Assembly (NCBI GenBank): GCA_002269645.1
Contig: NIVC01003098.1
Coordinates: 1 to 64,000, forward strand
Length of the DNA: 64,000 bases
Reading direction: 5' to 3'
DNA from: Macrostomum lignano
Taxonomy: Eukaryota
The notes under the pieces were generated by a model. The model worked only from the letters and a program-made list of their open reading frames with translations. It made no database searches and was not told where the DNA came from. This document shows, in pieces, positions 37,255-48,442 of this stretch. Position numbers and translations under genes: made by a program. The first letter of the stretch is position 1; the number at the start of each line of letters is the position of its first letter.

Positions 37255-38335
37255 AACACCCGATTTGAAAATCGAAATACCCAATTTAAAAACCATATTT
37301 AATAGAATCTAAACACCCATTTGAAAGAATCTAAACACTCATTCGATAGAATCTAAACACCCCATCTGAAAGAATCTAAACACTCATTCGATAGAATCTA
37401 AACACCTATTCGATAGAATCTAAACACCCTATTCGATAGAATCTAAACACCTATTCGATAGAATCTAAACAACCTATTCGATAGAATCTAAACACCCATT
37501 CTATAGAATCTAAACACCCTGTTCGATAGAATCTAAACACCCCATTCGATAGATTCTAAACACCCCATTCGATAGAATCTAAACGCCCTATTCGATAGAA
37601 TCTAAACACCCATTCTATAGAATCTAAACACCCTGTTCGATAGAATCTAAACACCCCATTAGATAGAATCCAAACACCCATTCTATAGAATCTAAACACC
37701 CTATTCGATAGAATCTAAACACCCCATTAGATAGAATCCAAACACTCATTAGATAGAATCTAAACATCCCATTCGATAGAATCTAAACATCCCATTCGAT
37801 AGAATCTAAACACTCATTAGATGGAATCTAAACACCTATTCTATAGAATCTAAACACTCATTCGATAGAATCTAAACACCCTGTTCGATAGAATCTAAAC
37901 ACCCCATTCGATAGATTCTAAACACCCCATTCGATAGAATCTAAACGCCCTATTCGATAGAATCTAAACACCCATTCTATAGAATCTAAACACCCTGTTC
38001 GATAGAATCTAAACACCCCATTAGATAGAATCCAAACACCCATTCTATAGAATCTAAACACCCTGTTCGATAGAATCTAAACACCCCATTAGATAGAATC
38101 CAAACACCCATTCTATAGAATCTAAACACCCTATTCGATAGAATCTAAACACCCCATTAGATAGAATCCAAACACTCATTAGATAGAATCTAAACACCCC
38201 GTTCGATAGAATCTAAACATCCCATTCGATAGAATCTAAACACTCATTAGATGGAATCTAAACACCCATTAGATAGAATCTAAACATCCCATTCGATAGA
38301 ATCTAAACACTCATTCGATAGAATCTAAACACCCT
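37255..38335. repeat. 22/23-bp minisatellite (attcgatagaatctaaacaccc)
   Basis: Begins ~90 bp upstream of the MRPS5 ATG. Confidence 0.93.
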
Positions 38336-39307
38336 CAATTTTATGCAAGCACTATATGTGATGAAAATGAAGAGTGCGAGCACTTTAATAAATCATAAGC
38401 GAAACAGAAGACTTAGTAGACACTGGCCGTGTGTATATGCAGAATTGCATTGAAATTAATTTTTTTAGTTTAATAAGGTAAATAATAAACATATTTAATC
38501 AGCCAATAAAATAGATTAACAAAAAACTTATCTGCACACAATTAGAATATATATATATAGAAGGGACGTCAAAAAAGTAAGGAGGCGCTGAACTTTAGTA
38601 AATAGGCGACTATTATTTGCAAGCTATAGTAAGCATCATTACTTATTATCACGAGTAAGTCATTTTTTTGTATGCAGGTTTATATTACACAGATTAACAA
38701 CTGTACGCCATTGACAAGTGAAAATATAACTGAGAATTGAATTAACGAATGATATAATTTATAATAAATAGTTAGTAACGAGTGAGATGTCAACTAATGA
38801 ACTCCTAATTTACATAGTTCGTACTTGCGCAAAAAAACAAAGTGAATTGAAAAATAGAAAATATGTTACATCATTGAGTAGACATCTATTGGATACTTGC
38901 AGTGTTGAATTGACACGAAATTCTATGTAGATATTGTCACTGATACTACTGAATGCCTTGCATGAGTAGTATGGATCGGACAATAGTAAATTTCTTAAAT
39001 TCACGTTTGCAACGAAATCAAGAACTAGCGAGTGAAGAGTGTATTGATGCGCAAGGAAACACCGTTCAATAAAAAAACGCGAAATCATTAAAGTACAAAA
39101 ATAGCGTTAATAGTCAATATATAAGCAAGTTAGTTTAGAGACGGCAAGGATCAAAGGAATACAATTTATCAATCATTAATAATTAAGAATTTAACTTCAA
39201 TTTTCATGTTGAGACAAATGAATCTACAAACTCACGGAGGCGCAGAAGGCAAAGGACTAACTAACTGAGTACTGTACACAAGGATGTAATCAGCTATGCA
39301 GCCGGGC

Positions 39308-40285
39308 CTACTTGATCGCTAGTTCGTCGAATTTTCGAAGTAGATCGTCTCGGTCTTTGTCTCGCTTGCGCTCCCTGGAATAATAATAATAATAATTGAT
39401 TACACCTGCCCTAATGGGCAGCTGTGCAACCGACAGCTCAGCCGCAGCTATTGCGCGGCGCATCTGAAGGCTGCGTACGGCTGTTCAGTCCAAAGAGTGG
39501 GGGTCGCCACACACCCTCAATTACCCCAGCTAATGCTGGCACCCATTTTACAGCTGGGTGAACTGAAGCAATGCAGAGTTAAGTGTCTCTTGCTCAAGGA
39601 CACAAATTGCTCCGAGTGGGTCGAGAATCGAACCCCCGACCTTTCAGTTGTGAGTCCGACGCTCTGACCACTAGGCTGCAACCCCCTTGAGCTATGAGAG
39701 GCTGCAACCCCCTTGAACTATGAAAGGCTGCAACCCCCTTGAAATATGAGAGGCTGCAACCCCCTTGAAATGAGAGGCTGCAACCCCCTTGAAATGAGAG
39801 GCTTCAACCCCCTTGAAATGAGAGGCTGCAACCTCCTTGAAATGAGAGGCTGCAACCCCCTTGAAATATGAGAGGCTGCAACCCCCTTGAAATGAGAGGC
39901 TGCAACCCTGGAAAGATGCGGTAAGTAATGCTTGCAGGAGGGGGTGCCATCAGCGCTATCAGAGTTTCTACGATTCACTCCGTTAAAATAAATGAAAGCT
40001 TCAACTCACTTTTGTCGTTCAGCTTTGTAGGCATTGGTGAGATCGTCAAACAGCTTCGTATTCATCTCCATAAAGCCTTTAAGCACATTGTACACCAGGG
40101 CTACAATAGTCTGGTTCCAGTGCTCGCGCGAGATTCTATACAGAGCAGGGAACAGGATAGGCATCAGTACTTCGTTGTTCTCTTCAACTAGCGACATTAT
40201 GTACTCATTGTTCCAGTAGAACAGAGACCGCTCGGCAACCTGAAGGTAAAGATCAGAGCAGCTCAGCGGTAAAACGCGTCCGACA

Positions 40286-40335
<50 letters not shown>

Positions 40336-43300
40336 TCCGTGCGTTTGGGGCTTGTGGCAGGAAAATTGTGCTCCCTATGAAAAATTGGCCCGAATTTTCG
40401 CCCGAAAACATATGAAATTGGGCCCGGAACTTTAAATTTGCGGGTGAAAACTAAAAAAGTGGTAGATTCACCCGGAAAGCACGCCGACAAAACGTTTGAA
40501 ACTAAATCGGCGAAAAAGCGGGACTTTCGCCCGGAAAGCGGGGAAAGCAGAAACCCAGACGTGTGGGTCTCTAGCCCGTTTTTTTCTAAAAGCGTGTCCT
40601 GAGGGACTTTGACGTGACGATGCAGATTAAAAATGGGTTTAAATCGATATAGCTGAACGAGTAGGAAGCTAGGTGCCCAGGTTCCAAGATTCAACCGTAC
40701 ATGTATGTTTATTATTTTAAAAAGTACGATTATAGGAGTTTATATATCGATCACAAATGGTGGGAAATAATGTGTCGAAATCATTTACAGTCGCTTACTA
40801 TAAAACCTGTTTCTGAATAAGCTATTCACAGGCTAAAATCTATTTTTTATTAAGTATTTGCTGTGCTTTTCACTCTTTCATTGCGCTGACCAATGTGAAA
40901 AAAGCTAGGAAACAATTTTGCTTGTTTTTTGTTACCCGAAAAAAATTTAAATTTCAGACGCCACGTTTTCAGAACTTCGATATGTGCTAGCTAGTGAAGC
41001 GTGTTTTTTTACTTTTTTATTAATTTATCATAATCTAACAGAAAAAGTTTATTTAACTTCAAAAATAGTCAATGTGAGGTATTTCACTAAATGAGTCAAT
41101 AGCAAGGACTGACCCCCTGCCCCTGCCCTGGTTCAGGAATTGGCAGTCACATAGTAAATTATAATTTAATTAAGTCCAGTAATTAGCCTATTTATTTATT
41201 ACTTAACGTTAGTAAAAATAGAAAATAATTTAGAAAACTTATCCTAATTAATATTTCACCTATAATAAAGATAAGTATTGTATATGAGCACAGAGAGCTT
41301 GCTGAATGGTAAAAAGTTTTAGAACATAAGTAACAAATCAATTTAAAAAATCATTTATAAAGTTCAAATATAAAACTCTGAGTAGCATTAATATAATTTT
41401 TTCTTTTTCAAGTTTGTAGTCTATATAGTACTTTTTTAAAAGCTATGTACTCACATTATTTTTTAATCTGAATGCTTTTTGTATTTTATTTAATATAATT
41501 TTGATAACTTATTATATTCTAAGGGAACCTAAAGCCTAGAACTGAGCATTTTTCAAGGAAGCTAATAACTTGAAAAAGTTTTGCAATTTAACATATTCCC
41601 AGAGATAGCTCGTAAAGGCCCTTTATATCTTATAAATAAGCCTTCCTTTTGCTCTTATATGAATTTTTTAGATCTAATAATCTGAATATGTTTTGTAGAA
41701 TAAACATTTACCATCAGATTTAACATTCCAAGCACTGTACTTATACCATTATAATTAAAGAAAAATTATTAATAATCAATTTTGTTGCCTTTTAATTTAG
41801 GTTTAGATTTTATTGCTCAATAAACAGAATTTTAGCATCATCATCATACCATGCTCCTAAGTCATTTATGCTATGTATACATGCCCCTCAGCCAAGTTTT
41901 CCTCTGGCCATTAATATCTGATGACCTTGGGACTGCTAAGCGTCGTCGCCGGGACTATGCCGTCACTACAGGACTGGTGTTAGGCGACATACTCCAGCCC
42001 AGGACTGGTGTTAGGCGACATACTCCAGCCCAGGACTGGTGTTAGGCGACATACTCCAGCCCAGGACTGGTGTTAGGCGACATACTCCAGCCCAGGACTG
42101 GTGTTAGGCGACATACTCCAGCCCAGGACTGGTGTTAGGCGACATACTCCAGCCCAGGACTGGTGTTAGGCGACATACTCCAGCCCAGGACTGGTGTTAG
42201 GCGACATACTCCAGCCCAGGACTGGTGTTAGGCGACATACTCCAGCCCAGGACTGGTGTTAGGCGACATACTCCAGCCCAGGACTGGTGTTAGGCGGCAT
42301 ACTCCAGCCCAGGACTGGTGTTAGGCGACGAAGACCAAACCAGGTGATGTTTTCGTTTTTTTGTATTGTAGTGTTGTTTAAAACGTTATTGACGCTTTTC
42401 TGCAACTGCGCCCCCTTCTACTCCAGGTGCGCTGCTTTGAGTAGCTGGCTAGCAAGCCAGCCTAACTGGTGCTGCAGCATCTCAGCTGCCAGAATCTGCT
42501 GTTACGCCACCCAGTACCAGGCTCACGACCAGTGACACCGCTGACATGTTCAATCAAGCGCAGTATCGCATCCTGTCGCTCGCTGAGTTATAAATCTATA
42601 CTTAAACTTTGAACTTATGAATTTCTATCGCATTTGCTTTTGTTCTACACTGATTTGTTTTTTTCATTGCTTCGTAATGTGGCTGCGACTGGGAGGGAGG
42701 GATCTCGAAGTCACCTTAATTTGCACCAGACCCCATTACTGATTTCGGTTCTTCCTATCCTTCCGAATGTTGCTATTTCCCCCTCACATCGTTTCTCTCC
42801 TTTCTCCATGGTCGCGCTAATACTTTCCCTATCTTAGCTATTTCACATGTGCATTCTGTGTGCACCCCTCTCCTTGCACTCTGTGCCTTAGATCTACCTC
42901 TTTTCAGTCGCAAACGTACTAGTATATTTGGTCATTTCTTAGCTGCAAATGCCCTATAAATACAGTTAGTTATTTCTCCTTTTTATGGTTTTCTTCAGAA
43001 TTTCTCTACGTCAAGCCCCTTCATGTTATCTTCTTTACAACTTTGTTTGTTTCTGTTTCGATTCTTTTCTTAACCCTCCTTTGCTTTTATTACTTTAATG
43101 CTTTAATGCTTTTGCTTACTGAACGTATTGAATGCATTCATTAAATATTTAAATAAACTATCGCGCACACTTTTTCTTATTATGTGGCCAAGCTTAAACA
43201 TTTCTATCTAGATCTAGATTTCTTATTGAATCCCTCCAGAATTGCCTTATTTTTCTTCTCGATACATGTAGCTCTCTTGGAGGGGGTCATTTAGCTCGTA

Positions 43301-46300
43301 CATGCAAAATCTTCCTATTCAACTAGATACAAGTTTTATTGCAGTATGAAAAGTGGCAGTCACCGTAAAGTTTATGCCCTCTAAAAACGTACTATAATAT
43401 CGTGACTATCACTAAGACCAAAAGCAGGAAATATGACCAGCTCTTCGGGCCGGATTTGCAAGCAAAATATCGGTTAACTGGCCCGGATTTTTCGGCGCAA
43501 AATAATTCTGGGTGAATCGCCCGTAAATATTCGGGTATAAATGCGGGTGCATGCACGGGTGCATCGCCCGAAAAACGAACTTTTCGTAACGATTCCGGGC
43601 CAGTAGCCCGGCAAGTTTTTACACCCGCAAAGTGCTGACGATTTCGGGTGAAGAGTAGGGTGAAAATTCAGGTCAATTTTTCATAGGGCTTGAAAGCCAG
43701 CCCCCAAGGCGAAGAGAGTGTACATGTACATGCCTGATGATTAAACCGTCCTGTTGCTGTACACCCTGTGGGCAGAATTGTCTCAGCAGCACTGGGGTTG
43801 TAGGACGATATTGTCGAAGACGTTAATATATCCTGCAAATATAATATTTTGCCAGTCTAGCAAAGAAGCCTAACATACAATACTTTGACCCTAATAATTC
43901 CTTTCTTAAAGGAGCCCCAGAAGACAAAATGAAGCCACTGCAGTGAACAAAAATGATTTATTATTAGCTAATTAAGCTACTAATAGTAGACAGAAAGAAT
44001 TAATGTTCTTTAAAAATACTTTAAAAATACTTGACACTTTGCACCTTAAGCATATGCACAATTTGCTCACCTGAAAGTGCGAACTGCTCACGGACTTGGC
44101 AATCTGTTTGAACAGAGGCCGCATAATTTTCTCAAACTGAGCGGGCTCGATAACATCAAGAATCTCCTCAATTTCTCCTAGGAACATGATCTCCTTGGAG
44201 CTCACTGTTCTAGGCCAGAATTTGAGCAGTCCGAGCACCACCTGCTCGGTGAGGCTGGAGTCCTTCTCAAGGAACTGCACAACGCAGTAGGCCAGCTGCG
44301 CGTGAAACATTCCCAGGGATTTGGCCTTGTGCAGCGGCATCAGCACCTTCGCTAGGAACTGCTTGTGCTCGGCCTTCAGAGGCAGGGCGAACCCGTTGAT
44401 GATGCTGCCCAGAATCTCCAGCAATTCGCCTACGCCATTAAACATTTCAGTCTCGTAGATGAAGCGCAGAAATATGTTATTAATCTGCTTGCGTATGAAA
44501 GCTCGAAGCCCGAGAAATTTGCCATAGATTCGGTGCAGCACCGTCTTGAGGAAGTCGCGCTCGCGCGGATCCTCGCTATCGAAAAGCTCGAGCAGCTGCG
44601 GGGCATTGATAATTGCAACTACTCACTGATTGCAGTCCGGTCTGGATTCATGGCAACTACTCACTGATTGCAGTCCGGTCTGGATTCATGGCAACTACTC
44701 ACTGATTGCAGTCCGGTCTGGATTCATGGCAACTACTCACTGATTGCAGTCCGGTCTGGATTCATGGCAACTACTCACTGATTGCAGTCCGGTCTGGATT
44801 CATGGCAACTACTCACTGATTGCAGTCCGGTCTGGATTCATGGCAACTACTCACTGATTGCAGGCCGGTCTGGATTCATTGCAACTACTCACTGATTGCA
44901 GGCCGGTCTGGATTCATTGCAACTACTCACTGATTGCAGTCCGGTCTGGATTCATTGCAACTACTCACTGATTGCAGGCCGGTCTGGATTCATTGCAACT
45001 ACTCACTGATTGCAGTCCGGTCTGGATTCATGGCAACTACTCACTGATTGCAGTCCGGTCTGGATTCATTGCAACTACTCACTGATTGCAGGCCGGTCTG
45101 CAACCGGTCTAGACTTATCAAGAATCTATACACTCGAAAGCCTTACCTGCAGAACAAATCTCTGATCAATGTACTTCTTAGCCACGGACGGTTGGAAGTC
45201 GGGCGATTCCAAAACGCGCAAAAAGAATTCGTACACAAACTGAAAAATTAAAGTTAAAAGCAAAATTTTGTTCAGTTTATCGTTAGAAAGCAGAAATCAT
45301 TGAAAATGGCTCCAGGCAAAGGGACATTTTCTGGTGAATTAAATAGCGATTCCTAATGAAGTGAGGGAGGGCGATTCCTAATGAAGTGAGGGAGGGCGAT
45401 TCCTAATGAAGTGAGGGAGGGCGATTCCTAATGAAGTGAGGGAGGGCGATTCCTAATGAAGTGAGGGAGGGCGATTCCTAATGAAGTGAGGGAGGGCGAT
45501 TCCTAATGAAGTGAGAGAGGGCGATTCCTAATGAAGTGTGAGTAAAAATGATCAGTCGCAATGCCCAATGAGCTTCAAAGCTATGGCAACAGTACCTGCA
45601 AGTGCGGCCAAGAAGCCTCCAAAGTCGGGTCGTCCTCCTCAGGATCAAAATCGACATTATCAGACAGCGGCAAAGTTCGGAATATGTTGCAGGCAATCTG
45701 TAATGTGCGGTGACCCAATGGCCCAGTGTTTGCGAAAACCAACATTGTCACTTGACGCTTTTATCTTCAATAAAAATGAAAGTTTTTAAATGACTTTTTC
45801 AAATCGTTTCCGCAATAAAGGCATCATCTAATGGGGCTTTACGAAACCTCGGATCAAAACGTCGACTCCTACCTGCTGCTGCTATTAGTGAACTGTTTTT
45901 TGTGCCCTACTTGGGCTCCTGTCATGACACATTAAAATTAAACTGTTGGAATCCCGAACTTTGACCCCGGATACCAAATTCGTAAATTTCTGCATTTTTG
46001 CAATTTATATTTCATTTGAAGTATTCATCTTTTTTTAATTTTTTGGATTTTTTGAAGACTTCTATCGATTGCAAAATCTGAGTAAACATGCCTTGTTTTC
46101 AGGAGCCATTCTCATAGATCCTTCGGGACTTTCTCTGGAGCCATTCTCATAGATCCTTCGGGACTTCCTTCTCTGGAGCTATTCTCATAGATCCTTCGGG
46201 ACTTTCTCTGGAGCTATTCTCATAGATCCTTCGGGACTTTCTCTGGAGCTATTCTCATAGATCCCTCGGGTGTTTTTGGGAGCCCTCGTGATTAATAAAA

Positions 46301-46836
46301 AAGGTCTCTCAAAAGACATGTTTAATCTTCTAAGTAACCTGTAAACATGGATTATGCAGACTTCTGCAACTTATATCGGTCAGAGCGGCTCAGAGGTGTA
46401 AAGTGCTGGGTAGGTTATTTTGATTTTTAACTTAAACTCACCATCCGAACTATCTCGGGGTAGGTGGCATCCTGCAGCACGCCTCTGGTCACGGTAACAA
46501 AGTCTACCAGCTCGTTCAAGCAGGTCCGCTTCACCTCCTTGGACTTGAGATCAGACACAGGGTCGGAGAAGATACAACGCAGCACTGCTGCATCTTCTTC
46601 ACAAACAGGTCGAGCTGGTCGCCGGAAGCGGCGTCCTTCAATAGCGGCAGCGGGGTCAGCTCCGTTGGCGCCTTCGGCCTGTAGTGCGAGCTGCCCTGCG
46701 AGCGCTTCTGCTTCTTGGATTTGATTTCATTTTTATTGCGGAACGGGTCAAGCCTGTCGGCCTTGGCTGGGCTGTCCTGGGCTGCCGCCTGGGCCTTTTT
46801 GCCAGAGCCTTCGAAGGCTTTCTTCACTACAGACAT
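39308..46836 (-). CDS. PPP2R5: PP2A regulatory subunit B56 (PPP2R5A/E, widerborst-like); frameshift in first coding exon as assembled
   Basis: Exons 46836-46442, 45697-45596, 45239-45147, 44595-44071, 40239-40010, 39374-39308; all phases fit. Motifs [91 protein letters not shown]. Acceptor AG just upstream of the ATG implies a 5'UTR intron. Lesion at 46571-46572. Confidence 0.93.
39407..39686 (-). mobile_element. tRNA-derived SINE with CORE-like domain (family B)
   Basis: A-box cagcctagtgg, B-box ggttcgattct, same body as 22967-23249. Confidence 0.8.
39672..39908. repeat. 22/24-bp minisatellite (gagaggctgcaacccccttgaaat)
   Basis: First unit overlaps the SINE head. Confidence 0.9.
40288..40332. 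repeat. (CT)n microsatellite
   Basis: Direct reading. Confidence 0.95.
40373..43688. mobile_element. Non-autonomous CACTA/EnSpm(CMC)-like DNA transposon in a PP2A B56 intron
   Basis: CT|CCCTATGAAAAATTGGCCCGAATTTT ... AAAATTCAGGTCAATTTTTCATAGGG|CT: ~30-bp TIR, 2-bp TSD, many cccga/cccgg/tcggg subterminal motifs. Confidence 0.7.
41970..42328. repeat. 31-bp minisatellite (ggactggtgttaggcgacatactccagccca)
   Basis: About 11.5 near-identical copies inside the CACTA-like element. Confidence 0.95.
43690..43790 (+). mobile_element. SINE family A fragment
   Basis: gccagcccccaaggc..gtgtacatgtacatgcctgatga..ctgtacaccctgtg is the reverse complement of the family body. Confidence 0.6.
44614..45100. repeat. 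38-bp minisatellite (gcaactactcactgattgcagtccggtctggattcatg)
   Basis: About 13 copies filling intron 44596-45146. Confidence 0.95.
45345..45537. repeat. 25-bp minisatellite (gattcctaatgaagtgagggagggc)
   Basis: About 8 copies. Confidence 0.93.
46100..46270. repeat. 35-bp minisatellite (ggagccattctcatagatccttcgggactttctct)
   Basis: About 4.5 copies. Confidence 0.88.
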
Positions 46837-47143
46837 GATCTAGGCTGCAACATAGCAATATTTAGATTTGAAATTGTAATAGAACGACAATGTGTAATCA
46901 TTTGTAAAATTTAACATAGGAGAATTTTAAGTGCTTTATCCATCATACTACTATTGTAGTAGGGCTCAGTAGCCAAAATAATGGTGATAGGAAATTTTTC
47001 CTAGTGATTGGAAAAAAAGGGTTCTAAAAATTATCAAAGCTAAAATAAAAATAAAAATTTCTAACTTGGAACTCAGATACATTAGATTGACAAATACAAT
47101 ATTAATAGCAAACACATTTTTCCATTCAATTTCAGCAAGCCAA

Positions 47144-48442
47144 CATTCAATTTCATCATTCTATATTTAGCTACTCGTACTTCAATCGTCATTCAATTTT
47201 GGCAAGCAGCATTAAATTTCGGCAATTGGATATTTTCATTTAAACCCCAGGGTGGCTCAGTCCAGTGTCTATGGTATGTAACGCATTTATTTAATGGCCA
47301 GGCCAGGAAATATTTCACAGCCTGGCCGTGAAATCAGCTAATGCAGAACAGCGCCTGGATGAGCCACACTTTTGCTCAAATATAATAACACCCCCAGATT
47401 TGTGTCCTCCCTTAGCTTCGCCTCGGCCTAGAAACGCATCCTCAGCCATTCTTCACGCCAAAAAAAACAAATCAAGGGGTGTTATCTTATACTTCATAGC
47501 CATGGATGAAGGAATAGATCTATGTTCATAGCATGGTGAGGGCATTATTTCTGTCTATGGACAGAACTTGCTCCTACATGCAGATTTCCTATTCAATTTT
47601 GGCCAAAGAATACTGAGCTAATACATAGAATGCCAGTGTCGTTCAAAAAGTGAAGCTGAAATCTCGATTCCTTGGGCACTTACTTTTTGACCATAAACAA
47701 AATTTATTAAGGAAGTCATTTAATAATAAGATGTCTTTTCTGTTGGAGTACAAGGACATTTAAAGTTAAAGTTCAGTCAAAAGTTTAAGAAAAGAATAGT
47801 CTTGTGCAAACACTCAGTATTATTTGCTCGGTATTCTCTGGTTGAATGCTGCTTTTTGTTTTTTTTGTTTATGGTCAAAAAGTAAAGTGCCTGAGGAATC
47901 GAGATTTCAGCTTCACTTCTTGAACGACACTGACATTCTATATATTAGCTCAGTATCCTTTGACTTTTGAATGTTGCATTCAATTTCAGCATAACATTTT
48001 GATGCACTTTTTTTAGTGTACTGTATCAATCTTAAACAGCCCCCTTTTAAACTGACAACAAATACTGTAGCTATCTGTGATTCAGCTGAAGAATAAATTG
48101 GTGACAAATATGATGAGGTTGAACACTGAAGGCTATATGGACAAGTGTCTGATGGAGACAGAGCCCATCTTCTTGAGGCACAAGAGAATGGGCAAGATTA
48201 CATCCATCTGGTGCAACTCATAATGCCACCTTGGTCTCTGGCCCCATACCTATGTTTTAATTGAATGCAGCATGCCAAAATTGAATGGGAAATCTACATG
48301 CAGGAGCAAGTTTTGTCCATAGACAGAAATACTGCCCTTACTATAGTGTGAAATAGAATATCCAATTGCCGAAATTGAATGGGTCTCTGCCAAATTTGAA
48401 TGATGGTTGAAGTAGCTAAATATAGAATGATGAAATTGAATG
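47144..48442. mobile_element. Foldback element with three nested inverted-repeat pairs
   Basis: 47144-47234 / 48356-48442 (includes a perfect 32-bp IR), 47548-47603 / 48275-48332, 47610-47700 / 47865-47956. Confidence 0.75.
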
